From Andalucia godoyi And28 (lineage: Eukaryota; Protista; Jakobida): a DNA stretch of 64,000 nt. The translations under genes and the position numbers were made by a program. The stretch's first letter is position 1. Every line of letters begins with the position of its first letter. Location: assembly GCA_009859145.1 (NCBI GenBank), contig VRVR01000010.1:287851-351850 (forward strand), written 5' to 3'. This document shows, piece after piece, positions 14,901 to 22,107 of this stretch. The notes below the pieces were generated by a model. The model was not told where the DNA came from, did no database searches, and worked only from the letters and a program-made list of their open reading frames with translations.

Positions 14901-17900
14901 GTTTTGCGGTGCCCGTGCAGTAGGTCATGACGTGCGGAATCTTGAAGACTCCAGCCATGATCTTCTTCCACAGGCGGTCCACCGTTGCAAATCGCTTTCC
15001 TTCCATAGGAAGCTGTCGCATAATATCGTCGGACGAGAAGATAGGCTCCAGATATAACCAGTTACGCTGGCACGTGAGCCACTCTTCAAGAATGTCGGAA
15101 CACAGACGAAGTTTCGTTTCCCAAATGGCAATACGCTCTTCAAAAGGTTTCTTGAAGGCCGAAAAGGACATGGACTGCGTCATAACAATATGATCGTCCA
15201 GCATTTGTCCAATTTCATCCGATCCCCTGATGACATAAGTACCCGTCTCTTTGTAAGGAAGAACCTCAAACTCAACGGGCTTCCATTCGTCCTCCATTTT
15301 GTCCAATGCACGCTCGATGTTGTACTCCTTTCCGGCAACATCGCAAATTTCGCTGATCTCCGCAGTTCTTTCATGAAGGCGCATATCAAACACATCTTTC
15401 AACGTTGCAATCGTGCCCCCTTCACCCGGCTGAATTCGGAAACCTAACTTGGCACTGAGCGCATCCCAGTGTCGTTGTCGCATACCAGGCTGGCGAAGGG
15501 ACTGGATCAGCGGCAAGAACGGCTTAAAGTCGTCCAACTGCTTCTTGATCTCCTCAGCAATCGCAAGAATCTTGGGCTGCTCCTTGAAAGCTTTCATGCT
15601 CTTGAACATCACGCGCCAGGCGTTATTGACATTTCTGTCAATTTCCTCGGAGTTCAAAGACTCAAACGGGTCATGCATCCAGTCATGATACCACTTCGTC
15701 CAATCGGACGCGGAAACCCACATTTGGGCGTAGGGATCGAACTCCTTATTAATGGCGCTGATTGAGTCATATTCAGTAACCCCACGCCCAAATAATCCTT
15801 CTCGACTGTTTGCCAACTTCGCCTGTTCTTCGCAACGCTTAACTTCCTTGATAAGATGCTTGACCTCTGCTGCGACTTCGTGCACCTTTGCCAAATCGGT
15901 GTGCTTGTTGAAGGTAGATACGGTACGAGAAAGTCGCTCGACCTCCTTGGACAGCGTCTCCTGATCTTTTTGGAGAGCTTGCGCGAATTGGTCGCGGGAC
16001 TCGGCAATGATCTCCTCGCAATTCTCGATAACCTTCTCGACCTTGGATGGAATTGCCAAAGACTGCCAGATTCCCTTGAAGTCCTCTTCAGACACCGGAA
16101 ACAGGAACTTCTCAAGGATTTCCAAATCCACACGGATGGCTCCCAGCGAAGGCTGCATCTTTTCGATCAACGACGGGACAGTCTTCTTATACTCTTCAAT
16201 TTCCACAACCTCCTCAATGTTCTTGGGACGTTTCTGCAGCTTCTGGAGCATGTCGGAATACTCGGTAGATACCTGTTTCACGCGGGTTCTGGCATGCTTG
16301 GCAATCAACTCGAGAACCAACTTGACGAGTTCATCGCACTTGCGGGAGAGTTGAAGACGGATCGTCTTCAAGTCCATCAAAAAGGGACCGACAACAACGG
16401 TTGACTGAATCTTTTGGAGGATTTCCGCCTTGCGTGCCAAATGCTTTCGGACTTCCGTTTGCATTTCGTCAATCGTGTGGTCCTGTTCCTCATAAGCCGC
16501 CACATATTCGACAGGCTTCATTTTTGCGAGTTCACGATACTGTTCAAACGCGTTGATGTACTGCGTAAGCGCAAACACAACGCTGTCAATGGCCTTGGAA
16601 ATTCGCTCCTTTCCAGCAACAATGTGCGCCTCATCAGGCTGAGGGAATTCCAGAGTGTCCAAAGAAGGCCAGAAGAATTGATCCATGACATGTTGTTCAA
16701 GCCGAGGCACATCCTTCAAAACAGCCACACCTTTTAGGAACACCTGGACTGGCACTTCCACAAACCGTTGGGGATCTGTGGAAACCTTGAATTCTCCTTC
16801 GGATTCGACAAGGTCAACTGCAAACAGTGGACGAATAGGAACATAATCCATATTCTTGGGGGTGCACACCATCTCCCCAGCCCCGATAACCTGGATATCG
16901 TAGCCAAACTGGTGCTCCACAAACTGCACATATCGCTCAACATTGGAGCGCACAAGATCTCGCAGCGCCTCTTCCATCATGAACTTCATCGTGTTCATGA
17001 GGCGCTTCAGCTTTGACATCTCGTACGTTTCCCGGGACTGTTCCGCGAGATTCAGCCAACCCTTCCCGATAGGACGCATGGCTTGCTTGACGCCAGTCTT
17101 GAGAATGTGGATCCAGTTCTCCCGAAGGTACGTCAAACACTGATTCGCGACTGCGCTTTGCAGTTGCTCGTACTCATCGATTCTGAGAGTCTTTGTGAAT
17201 TCGATTTGGTACAATCGCTCATGTGCAATTCGCAGGCACTCCGACCGTACGGCCTGCAGTGCCTTGATGACTTCCGGAACCAGGTACGTTGAAAAGGAAA
17301 ACGATTTGAAATGGTCCACAAAGTCATGGGGCGGAATTGGGAGCAAGCCATAGTCTGGAACAGGGGGCTGCGCTTCCTTTTCTGGCAGCTGCAGAGAAGC
17401 AAACAGGTCCTGCTGCGCCGGATCGTGGATGGATTCTTCAAAAACAATTCGATTCATCGCTCTACAATACTCGACCGAAGATTCGTCCACAAGTTCTTGG
17501 ATGTTCAGCCTGGGCTGCGCTGCGACAAGGCGCTGTGTGTTGAAGGACAGACGAAGGACGGACGCAATCTGACGTTCGGGCATTGGTGGAATATCATCTG
17601 TAGGCATGTTGTCAATGTACAAGTTGTAACGCAATACTGCTTCAGCTTGTGCACGCGCATGATGCGCGAATGCTACACGATCTGCAAAACGTGCGGGATC
17701 CTCTGTTTTGAAGTAGCAGTTGATCCTGGGAACGCGAAATGCCACATAGTCGCCCTCTATTCTGGCAATATACATCATTTGCTTGGGATCATAAGCAAAG
17801 ACAATACAGTCCTTCCATGCCCCAGTCTGTGTATCCTCATTCCACTGCAAGATGCGTGCTGGCTGCTCGACTTCGACCCATTCTTCGGGGTTTCGAACAT

Positions 17901-18498
17901 CAAAATCGGTGTTGTCAAATGCCTCCAAGGGCAAATACGATTTTTGGGCAGGCGGCATTGCATAGTTGATACCCCGCTCCTCCAGAACCTTTTCAAGATC
18001 GACGGATGCGTAGAGTCTCCGGCGTCTTTCGATTTCCACCTTTCGAGGCACCTGTCCAGGACCGCTGACGAATGGAATCATCACTTTCGGCTCGGCCTTT
18101 CGTTGCTGACCGATTGCAAGACTCTTCAAAATTGCAGACTGACCAGATCCATTTTGAGCGTGAGAGCTTGGTGATCCAAGAGCAAACGACGCCGCAGAAG
18201 GAACCGTTTTTTGAATTCGCGGAGAAACCGGATGGACATTCCCTCCAGCAACTCCTGCATCATGCAGACCAGATGCAGACGGCGACGAATCCGACATGGA
18301 GAAAAAACCGCGCGCATTGGGCGACTGCAAACTGGTAGCAGTGGGAGATGCGCCCAATGCTCTGGGAGACTCTGAGCCGAAACCGCCGATAGGAGGAAGC
18401 GGTGCAGAGCCGTTGAGAGGTTGTCGAATCGACGACTTCAATTTGGAAGCTCGCATTGCCTTGAATTCCTCTTGCGAGATTTTGCTGGGGGAGCTCAT
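5917..18498 (-). CDS. DNAH1: Axonemal inner-arm dynein heavy chain, DNAH1-like, about 4193 aa, uninterrupted ORF (start moved to MSSPSK at 18498)
   Basis: AAA1 GPAGTGKT, AAA2 GPTGSGKT, AAA3 GPTGTGKT, AAA4 GVGGSGRQ, stalk, C-terminal CPVYKT...GTLSTTGHSTNFV; N-terminal KVEIERRRR...YLPLEAFDNTDF resembles DNAH1. Confidence 0.95.
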   Translation of the reverse strand: MSSPSKISQEEFKAMRASKLKSSIRQPLNGSAPLPPIGGFGSESPRALGASPTATSLQSPNARGFFSMSDSSPSASGLHDAGVAGGNVHPVSPRIQKTVPSAASFALGSPSSHAQNGSGQSAILKSLAIGQQRKAEPKVMIPFVSGPGQVPRKVEIERRRRLYASVDLEKVLEERGINYAMPPAQKSYLPLEAFDNTDFDVRNPEEWVEVEQPARILQWNEDTQTGAWKDCIVFAYDPKQMMYIARIEGDYVAFRVPRINCYFKTEDPARFADRVAFAHHARAQAEAVLRYNLYIDNMPTDDIPPMPERQIASVLRLSFNTQRLVAAQPRLNIQELVDESSVEYCRAMNRIVFEESIHDPAQQDLFASLQLPEKEAQPPVPDYGLLPIPPHDFVDHFKSFSFSTYLVPEVIKALQAVRSECLRIAHERLYQIEFTKTLRIDEYEQLQSAVANQCLTYLRENWIHILKTGVKQAMRPIGKGWLNLAEQSRETYEMSKLKRLMNTMKFMMEEALRDLVRSNVERYVQFVEHQFGYDIQVIGAGEMVCTPKNMDYVPIRPLFAVDLVESEGEFKVSTDPQRFVEVPVQVFLKGVAVLKDVPRLEQHVMDQFFWPSLDTLEFPQPDEAHIVAGKERISKAIDSVVFALTQYINAFEQYRELAKMKPVEYVAAYEEQDHTIDEMQTEVRKHLARKAEILQKIQSTVVVGPFLMDLKTIRLQLSRKCDELVKLVLELIAKHARTRVKQVSTEYSDMLQKLQKRPKNIEEVVEIEEYKKTVPSLIEKMQPSLGAIRVDLEILEKFLFPVSEEDFKGIWQSLAIPSKVEKVIENCEEIIAESRDQFAQALQKDQETLSKEVERLSRTVSTFNKHTDLAKVHEVAAEVKHLIKEVKRCEEQAKLANSREGLFGRGVTEYDSISAINKEFDPYAQMWVSASDWTKWYHDWMHDPFESLNSEEIDRNVNNAWRVMFKSMKAFKEQPKILAIAEEIKKQLDDFKPFLPLIQSLRQPGMRQRHWDALSAKLGFRIQPGEGGTIATLKDVFDMRLHERTAEISEICDVAGKEYNIERALDKMEDEWKPVEFEVLPYKETGTYVIRGSDEIGQMLDDHIVMTQSMSFSAFKKPFEERIAIWETKLRLCSDILEEWLTCQRNWLYLEPIFSSDDIMRQLPMEGKRFATVDRLWKKIMAGVFKIPHVMTYCTGTAKLLDNFQESNKLLDLVQKGLNDYLETKRQAFARFYFLSNDELLEILSQTREPRAVQKHLRKCFEAVAKLEFQPDDGMTHMYSGEGEVIPFAEKIYPKGNVEEWLNVVERMMCESIRVQIDGSLKDYVTTPRQKWVLNWAGQVVLVGSQVFWTTECGKAIEEKGLEGVKEYGQVCQKQLLDLAEVVRGDLPVLSRITLGALITIDVHARDVVATMAEAGISQITDFEWISQMRYEWDGRDLWVKQVESVFKYGYEYLGNTSRLVITPLTDRIYLTLTSALSMFLGGAPAGPAGTGKTETVKDLAKALAKQCVVFNCQEGLDYLAMGKFFKGLAMAGAWACFDEFNRIDVEVLSVVAQQMITLTQALRQGVDKIVFEGTEIRVNPAFAVFITMNPGYAGRTELPDNLKALFRPVACMVPDYALIAEIRLFSFGFREAKKLAQKMVATFRLSSEQLSSQDHYDFGMRAVNTVINAAGLLKRDEPNALEDLVLLRALRDSNLPKFLADDIVLFNGIISDLFPGVELPQSDYGALLSALKESIKELGLQPVDTFITKCIQLFETTVLRHGLMLVGPTGSGKTCARKVLARAQGKIHHLAKFDEIMTRICNPKSITMGQLYGQFDEATHEWTDGILATLYRECAYDASEKRKWLLFDGPVDALWIESMNTVLDENKKLCLVSGEIIPMSRKMNIIFEVEDLSVASPATVSRCGMVYMEPATSVGNAALVSSWLDALPETVVELRPRFQELFDQYLYESLKFVRRNCREYVPTVDNNLVCSFFRMIDCFMFALRPRPLEDYKPAKDVLDLFPSKIEPIFVFSLIWSIGGALDRTSRPKFDQFLRELLRKQKSGVSIPKTGLVYDYYLDLGEAISAGGEEEDAGKASIGRGPIQWKSWIETVPPVQLDPKLKFSDIIVPTMDSIRYSWLLEHLLSKGKHVLCVGPTGTGKTLTIADKLMRGMSDKFIPQFMAFSAQTSANQTQDIIDGKLDKRRKGIYGPPSGKQYLLFVDDVNMPAREEYGAQPPIELLRQFLDHGGWYDRAKFEFRNIVDTTIVGAMGPPGGGRNPVTNRFLRHFNFVSFPEMEDDSMRRIFSTILSTFLKANNFADAVNGLADVLIEASIAVYNIVLAELLPTPVKSHYTFNLRDLAKVVQGLMSADPKKMAEPADLARLWTHECSRVFRDRLVDNQDRMWFDKLVGEEVKKKFKLDFNRDIMNVPSFGRIVFADFMNMDTRSFEQVTDAAKLQRVVEEFLDDYNNSSVGMNKPMKLVMFMDALEHVCRISRILRQPGGNALLLGVGGSGRQSLARVASFIMEYQVFQIEISKGYGKVEWRNDLRKVLMKAGVENKPCVFLFSDTQIVKESFLEDINNLLNSGEVPNIMEPADMDNIYSVLQPVCQAEGIMPTKINMFARFVKRCKENGHIILAFSPIGEAFRTRLRMFPALVNCCTIDWFSEWPDQALRSVAQTAFEDTPLGDESMVKSVVDMCVSVHQSVERASGRFLASERRYNYVTPTSYLQLLSTFKRMLALKREEVATAKKRLVVGLDKLESTEKDVAILKTELTEMQPVLIETSRQVEEMMIQISKDKADADETRKVVLKEEADSSAKASECKAIKEDAQRDLDEALPALESAVSSLKSLKVSDIQEVAAYKTPPAGVKLVMEAICILKNLQPKMVGEAGKKVADYWEPSVKLLKDARGLLDSFFEYDKDNIAESVIKKIGPYIESPDFVPDKIRKVSTACTSMCQWCHAMYKYHFVSKSVEPKRQALAAAEKELGETMERLKQAKATLKTVEEKIADLELKFSEAVAKKDELGRKVRECEVKMDRAGRLIGGLGGEKIRWRNTVEVLGQQEKAVIGDVIVASGAIAYVGAFTAFFRQELYKEWIAALQKAKIVCTSDVKLTSVLGDPVKIREWTIKGLPTDGLSIENGIILSKSTRWPLLIDPQGQANKWVKNTEKENGLEVLKLTDEQMLRSLENAVRFGKPVLIENVGESLPASLEPILLRETFKQGGSEMIKLGDSVIPYHPDFRLYITTKLRNPHYSPETCVKVTLLNFLITPDGLQDQLLGIVVAKERPDLEEMKNQLVVSNARMKKELKTIEDEILRMLSESSGDILEDEALINTLAKSKETSVEINAKVAEAEETEKAIDTTRGGYRPVAVRAAILFFCVADMAAVDPMYQYSLQWFVRLFISAIDNAEKGSLTAEEEPQYKDDDAGREGLILQRRLKFLNDYFTYSLYLNICRSLFEKHKLLFSFLLTTRILQGADLIDGEEWRFLLTGGVSTEVAVPNPAPSWLMPNVWAELNDLSGLPRFQGFASDVFAKNIGHFEKYFESANAHRFPLPGDWETKFDQLQKMLVLRCLRPDKVTEAVQDYVAAQLGGKFIEPPPFDLPGSYADSSPTVPLIFVLSAGADPASELFRFADEKGFTKKLNSISLGQGQGPIAERLMADAMERGGWILLQNCHLATSWMPSLERIVENFAPEKMHRDFRLWLTSMPSEKFPVSVLQNSVKMTNEPPKGLRANLRGSFVPLDQNFLDDCKKPDAFRKLLFALCFFHAQIQERRKFGPLGWNIRYEFTNGDLLVCMKQLKMFLDKYEEVPFKVLRFLFGQINYGGRVTDDWDRRLLLTMQNSAISQAILVPGHSFSDSGIYHTLKGPEHGEPDTLLEDYLEYIKGLPINPAPEVFGLHENADITCAQAETRDMMELILSLQPRTSGGAGSKSREAVIEAVATDILNRVPDAWHVGDVMEKYPTTYAESMNTVLVQEVIRYNKLLVAMRRSLQDILKALKGLVVMSGELEAMGTSLFNNQVPKLWSSKAYPSLKLLSSWTSDLLQRLDFINSWIQTGMPTVYWISGLYFPQAALTGILQNYARKYKVAVDSVSFDFVVMPAYQVSEISGKPEDGAYMRGLYMEGARWDPVDKCIGDSKPRELFAPMPILWFKPVQNRVKPPAGTVYECPVYKTVSRAGTLSTTGHSTNFVLSVEFPTRVDPSVWIKRGCAAFCALAT

Positions 18499-18922
18499 TT
18501 TCCTGATATGGTGATCACCAAAAGCAAGCACTCCAACAAGATACCAACAGGCTAGAAAACAGGCAGAAGAAAAACGGCAGAAGAAAAAGGGAACAAACAA
18601 GGAAAAACAATCGAATGATGAAGAAGGATGTATGACAAATAACAAGAAGAATAGCAATGATGGAAAAAAAATTATATATGTGTGAAAGAGTCGACTGTCT
18701 TGCTTTTGTATTTTTTGTCGTTTTTCTTTCTCTCGTTACTTTTTTCGTGGAGAGATTTTGGCAGTGTCTGAAGAAGGGAAAAGAGGGGAATGAGGGACAG
18801 CCAGGAATGACTGACGGTTGTTGGAAAGGTGGAGAATGGGAAATGTCATTTCTGTCATCATGATGACATTTGGTCTGCTCTTACCGGCGAAAAACATATC
18901 ACAAAAAACAAAAAAAACCCGC

Positions 18923-18954
18923 TGCCACTTTTTGCGATATGATGAAGCAATCTA
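18923..18954 (+). repeat. Dispersed 32-bp repeat, copy 1 (copy 2 at 63501-63532)
   Basis: TGCCACTT(T/A)TTGCGATATGATGAAGCAATCTA, 31/32 identical between copies. Confidence 0.9.
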
Positions 18955-19209
18955 CAGCGCACGTAAACGAAAACACTGCCACGCACCGTGCGCATGCGCA
19001 TGCGTTTGTTACGGTATCTTAAGCAGCTCCGTCACACGATGCCCGGTTCGTTTCGCCTCCCATTTTGATCATGAAATCCCTATAAACACGCCACCGCGTT
19101 GCATTCTCGCACAGCGACGCTCATTTCTTATTTTTATTGTCCATGCAACGCACCATGTACGTCACGCCCGCAACGCTGCGCAAGACCCATGACAATCTCC
19201 ACCGCCACC

Positions 19210-19530
19210 TTCCGGCACTGGATCTGATGCAAAACGGCGCGGCAGATGTTGACATGGGGCCATTATCAATTCCAGCAGCGGCTGCTCTGTAAATCGCGCG
19301 AATTCGCGGGGGCGGCAGGTGTCGATTGTGACTTGTGACGGAGGAGTACACGTCTAAAGCGTGCGGCCGCTGCGGGGAAATGCATCGCAAGATGTATGGA
19401 GGCAAGGTGTGTTTTGTTGCCCATCGTGCAAATGCACGGTCGACCGCGATTGGAACGGCGCGCGCAACATCTACATCTATCTTAGGAACGTCTCTCATGC
19501 CGAGGGGCGTGTTGGGGCCTACCCCCTTCC
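19210..19530 (+). pseudogene. Fanzor/TnpB-family nuclease relic, C-terminal part (RuvC-II Glu, zinc finger, RuvC-III), frameshifted
   Basis: Stitched frames read KTARQMLTWGHYQFQQRLLCKSREF / IVTEEYTSKACGRCG / CPSCKCTVDRDWNGARNIY; lesions include a TTGTGAC tandem duplication at 19326-19339. Confidence 0.85.
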
Positions 19531-19676
19531 AATCATGCTATGCATGTTGTTTGATTATGGGTGATCAGCGATGATTGTCCGTGGTTAGTGTGCAATGCAG
19601 GCGTCGAAGAGGGAAAAGCCTTTTTGTATGTTTTGTTTATGACAGATTCGCGATAAAACAGATGAATAGATCGCAC

Positions 19677-20084
19677 TCAGCTGGGTTTGTTTTGAGATCC
19701 TAGAGCACCCGGGACGACATCGATTCGACTTCGCTGGACTTGGAACCCCGGGTTGATCCACGCTCCACAAGAACACTGAGCGCCGGACCAGTGCCAATCT
19801 CCGATCTTGGAAGCACACTTTGGACACGCAAGCTTGCCTTCGAGCTGGGAAATCTCGGGAATGGAAGAAATCCACGGGAGCGACTCGACGGATTCGGGAG
19901 TGAGAAATAGCGACATGCATCGCGTCTCAATCCCAGATCGAAGCGTTTTGCGACCCTTGTAGTATCCAAATGCGGCGCTTGCAGCTCCTTCGGCGGGTTT
20001 GTCGTGAATCAGAATGTTATCATCAGAAAACAACACCGATCTGCACTTTCTGCATGCATACGAGTTTGAGTTTGTTGTCGACAT
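19677..20084 (-). CDS. DUSP12/Yvh1-type C-terminal zinc-binding domain protein without a phosphatase domain, 135 aa
   Basis: YACRKCRSVLF, GKLACPKCASKIG, WSGAQCSCGAWINPGFQV motifs. Confidence 0.85.
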   Translation of the reverse strand: MSTTNSNSYACRKCRSVLFSDDNILIHDKPAEGAASAAFGYYKGRKTLRSGIETRCMSLFLTPESVESLPWISSIPEISQLEGKLACPKCASKIGDWHWSGAQCSCGAWINPGFQVQRSRIDVVPGALGSQNKPS

Positions 20085-20399
20085 TCCGCTCTTTGTTTGT
20101 CTTTATATATGCGTGTGTGTGTGTGTGTGTGTGTGTGCAAACAAGCACATTGTATGTTTTTTCCTTCCTGCTTTTTTCGCTGTTTTCTTTCCTCCTCCGT
20201 GCAGTTGCTGAAGATCCGGCGATGGTGACACAACGATTTTTTAATTACAAACGGTGATACTGATGACAAATTTTGCATTTGCAAACTTGCGTGTAAGGAG
20301 GAGAAAAAACACACACACACACACACGAAATTATCATGACATGCAGCGAGAATGGCGCACACGTATACATTGGGAGATAGAGAGAGAGAGAGAGCTCAT

Positions 20400-21383
20400 T
20401 CAGACATTCATTCTGAAGTGAACAAGGTGCTCCATGAGCTGTGCTCGGTCCCGAAATCTCGGCATTTCATGATACCCGTCCCCTTGCACATAGAGCAACA
20501 TGGAGACGGCGATGTTGAGCGGTATCTGCATAACGAACTCCTCAAGCGACATCGCACCGTTGCTTTGCTTTTCCATGAGAACGAACTTGCATGTTCTCGC
20601 AGAGAGGATATATCCGTCTTCCCAAGACAGTCGGAGGACGTCTGCTAACGACTTCACAGCGTGGTGATTGAGATAGTCTTCCACAAGATTTGAGCAACTT
20701 GGCTCTCGGATCACGCATTGAGGATCCAACGCGGCCAAATACAAGAAGACTGCTTTCGCATGGGACTCTTGTATGAGATCGCAGATCCGAGACTCGTGAG
20801 CTCCCGTGATTCTGATATCGTCAACAACAAGCACGGTTCTTCCGCGCACAAGCCTTTCGGCCTCTTCTGTTTCCCAGAAAAATACATTCTTCTTCATGAT
20901 GCTTATACGTTGCGCGAGATCGAGCTTTCCGTAGTCCCCCTCCAGACAATTTTCTCTTGTGATGCCCACGACGGGCAAGCAGACACCGTATTTCTCAACA
21001 AGTGTTCGATGCACCATTTGCATCAGAGCATACGCAGCAGTGGGCGCCATCTTCTGAGCCGAAGAAGTCAGCACAAAATGGGAAGGGTCTACGTACAAGT
21101 CGTGACCGTACAGCTGCATGAACCGTTCTGCGAGCCTTGAGCCATACAACTTTGTTATTCTTCCTGAGCCATACTTAAACTGCGAGTACTCGCTTGCTTG
21201 GAATTCCGGTGAATCCGAGCAGACCTGCGACTCCCGGATCGTCAGTGCATAAAGAGCCATCTGTTCATACGCCGAATCATCATTCTGAACCACGGAAAAC
21301 CGAGACGGGGAATCACATCTCGCAGAATCCGCCTGTGGAACAAGCGAATAGGACACCAGAGTCTTTGTTCCAGAAGCCGCCAT
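20400..21383 (-). CDS. Phosphoribosyltransferase, PRTase_2-like, 327 aa (start MAASGT at 21383)
   Basis: YSQFKYG, PTAAYAL, DYGKLDLAQR, PRPP-binding loop VLVVDDIRITGAHE, VEDYLN. Confidence 0.75.
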   Translation of the reverse strand: MAASGTKTLVSYSLVPQADSARCDSPSRFSVVQNDDSAYEQMALYALTIRESQVCSDSPEFQASEYSQFKYGSGRITKLYGSRLAERFMQLYGHDLYVDPSHFVLTSSAQKMAPTAAYALMQMVHRTLVEKYGVCLPVVGITRENCLEGDYGKLDLAQRISIMKKNVFFWETEEAERLVRGRTVLVVDDIRITGAHESRICDLIQESHAKAVFLYLAALDPQCVIREPSCSNLVEDYLNHHAVKSLADVLRLSWEDGYILSARTCKFVLMEKQSNGAMSLEEFVMQIPLNIAVSMLLYVQGDGYHEMPRFRDRAQLMEHLVHFRMNV

Positions 21384-21824
21384 CGTGAATAGACAGTGCG
21401 CCACACGGGTTTTTTTTTTCTTTCTTTCTTTCTTCTTCTTCTTCTCTCCTGGGGAAAGCAAAACAAGCAGAAAAAGAAAAGGCAAAAGCAAGAAAAACCA
21501 GCCACAAAAACCCCCAAGGTGATGATGGGCTGGGGCGGTGCGGGGTCTCTGAAGCCTCGGTGTTCAGAAGGTGGGGACCCGCTTGCTGAGAAAGAAAGTG
21601 GGTGACCGAAGTCACGCAATCCGAAGGGAAAGTTGCCTGTTCAGGCTTAGCGCAGCTTTTCCAATACATCAACCCGGTCTTCGGCGATTTGTTTTTTTTG
21701 TAAGTGTTCGAACAGTACAAAACCCAACGGCAAGCTGCGACCTGCCTAGTGGTTGGATGGGTTGGCAGGATCTGCACGCACAACCTCAATGTACTGCGCC
21801 TACATTATGCACTGAACATGCACA

Positions 21825-22107
21825 TCTACGAATAGATATTTGAGAGGTCTCAAACTGCGGAAGCAGGATGATGTCGTACTCCGCACAGAGCCACTTTCTC
21901 AGCGTGGCACGTTGTTCCTGAGAAGGGTGCATTTTGATTCTGACGGCCCTAGCAGCAGGCGCTTTCGTGTCCTCAGTTGCAGCGATTGATGCACCTGGAG
22001 ATACGAGAGGAAGAGGCGGTAGGCGCAGTGACACGCGGTCTCTTAATAGGTCTGCGGGACCTCGGAGGCCCTGCATCGAGCGGCGTAGGCGTAGGCGAAT
22101 GCGTCAT
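21825..22107 (-). pseudogene. Fanzor/TnpB-family nuclease relic, N-terminal part with a large internal deletion
   Basis: RAVRIKMHPSQEQRATLRKW (OrfB_IS605-type N-terminal helix motif) joined in frame to LCAEYDIILLPQFETSQ (RuvC-II strand region); upstream MTHSP...PIKRPRV is in another frame. Confidence 0.7.

Noticed and set aside
18860-18960. C-box-like ATGATGA motifs as box C/D snoRNAs (also 63518 and 22855 minus)
   Set aside because: No CTGA D box or terminal stem at a suitable distance
18989-19000. TGCGCATGCGCA palindrome matching the animal NRF1 site
   Set aside because: No evidence for that factor in this lineage; a 12-mer simple palindrome alone is insufficient
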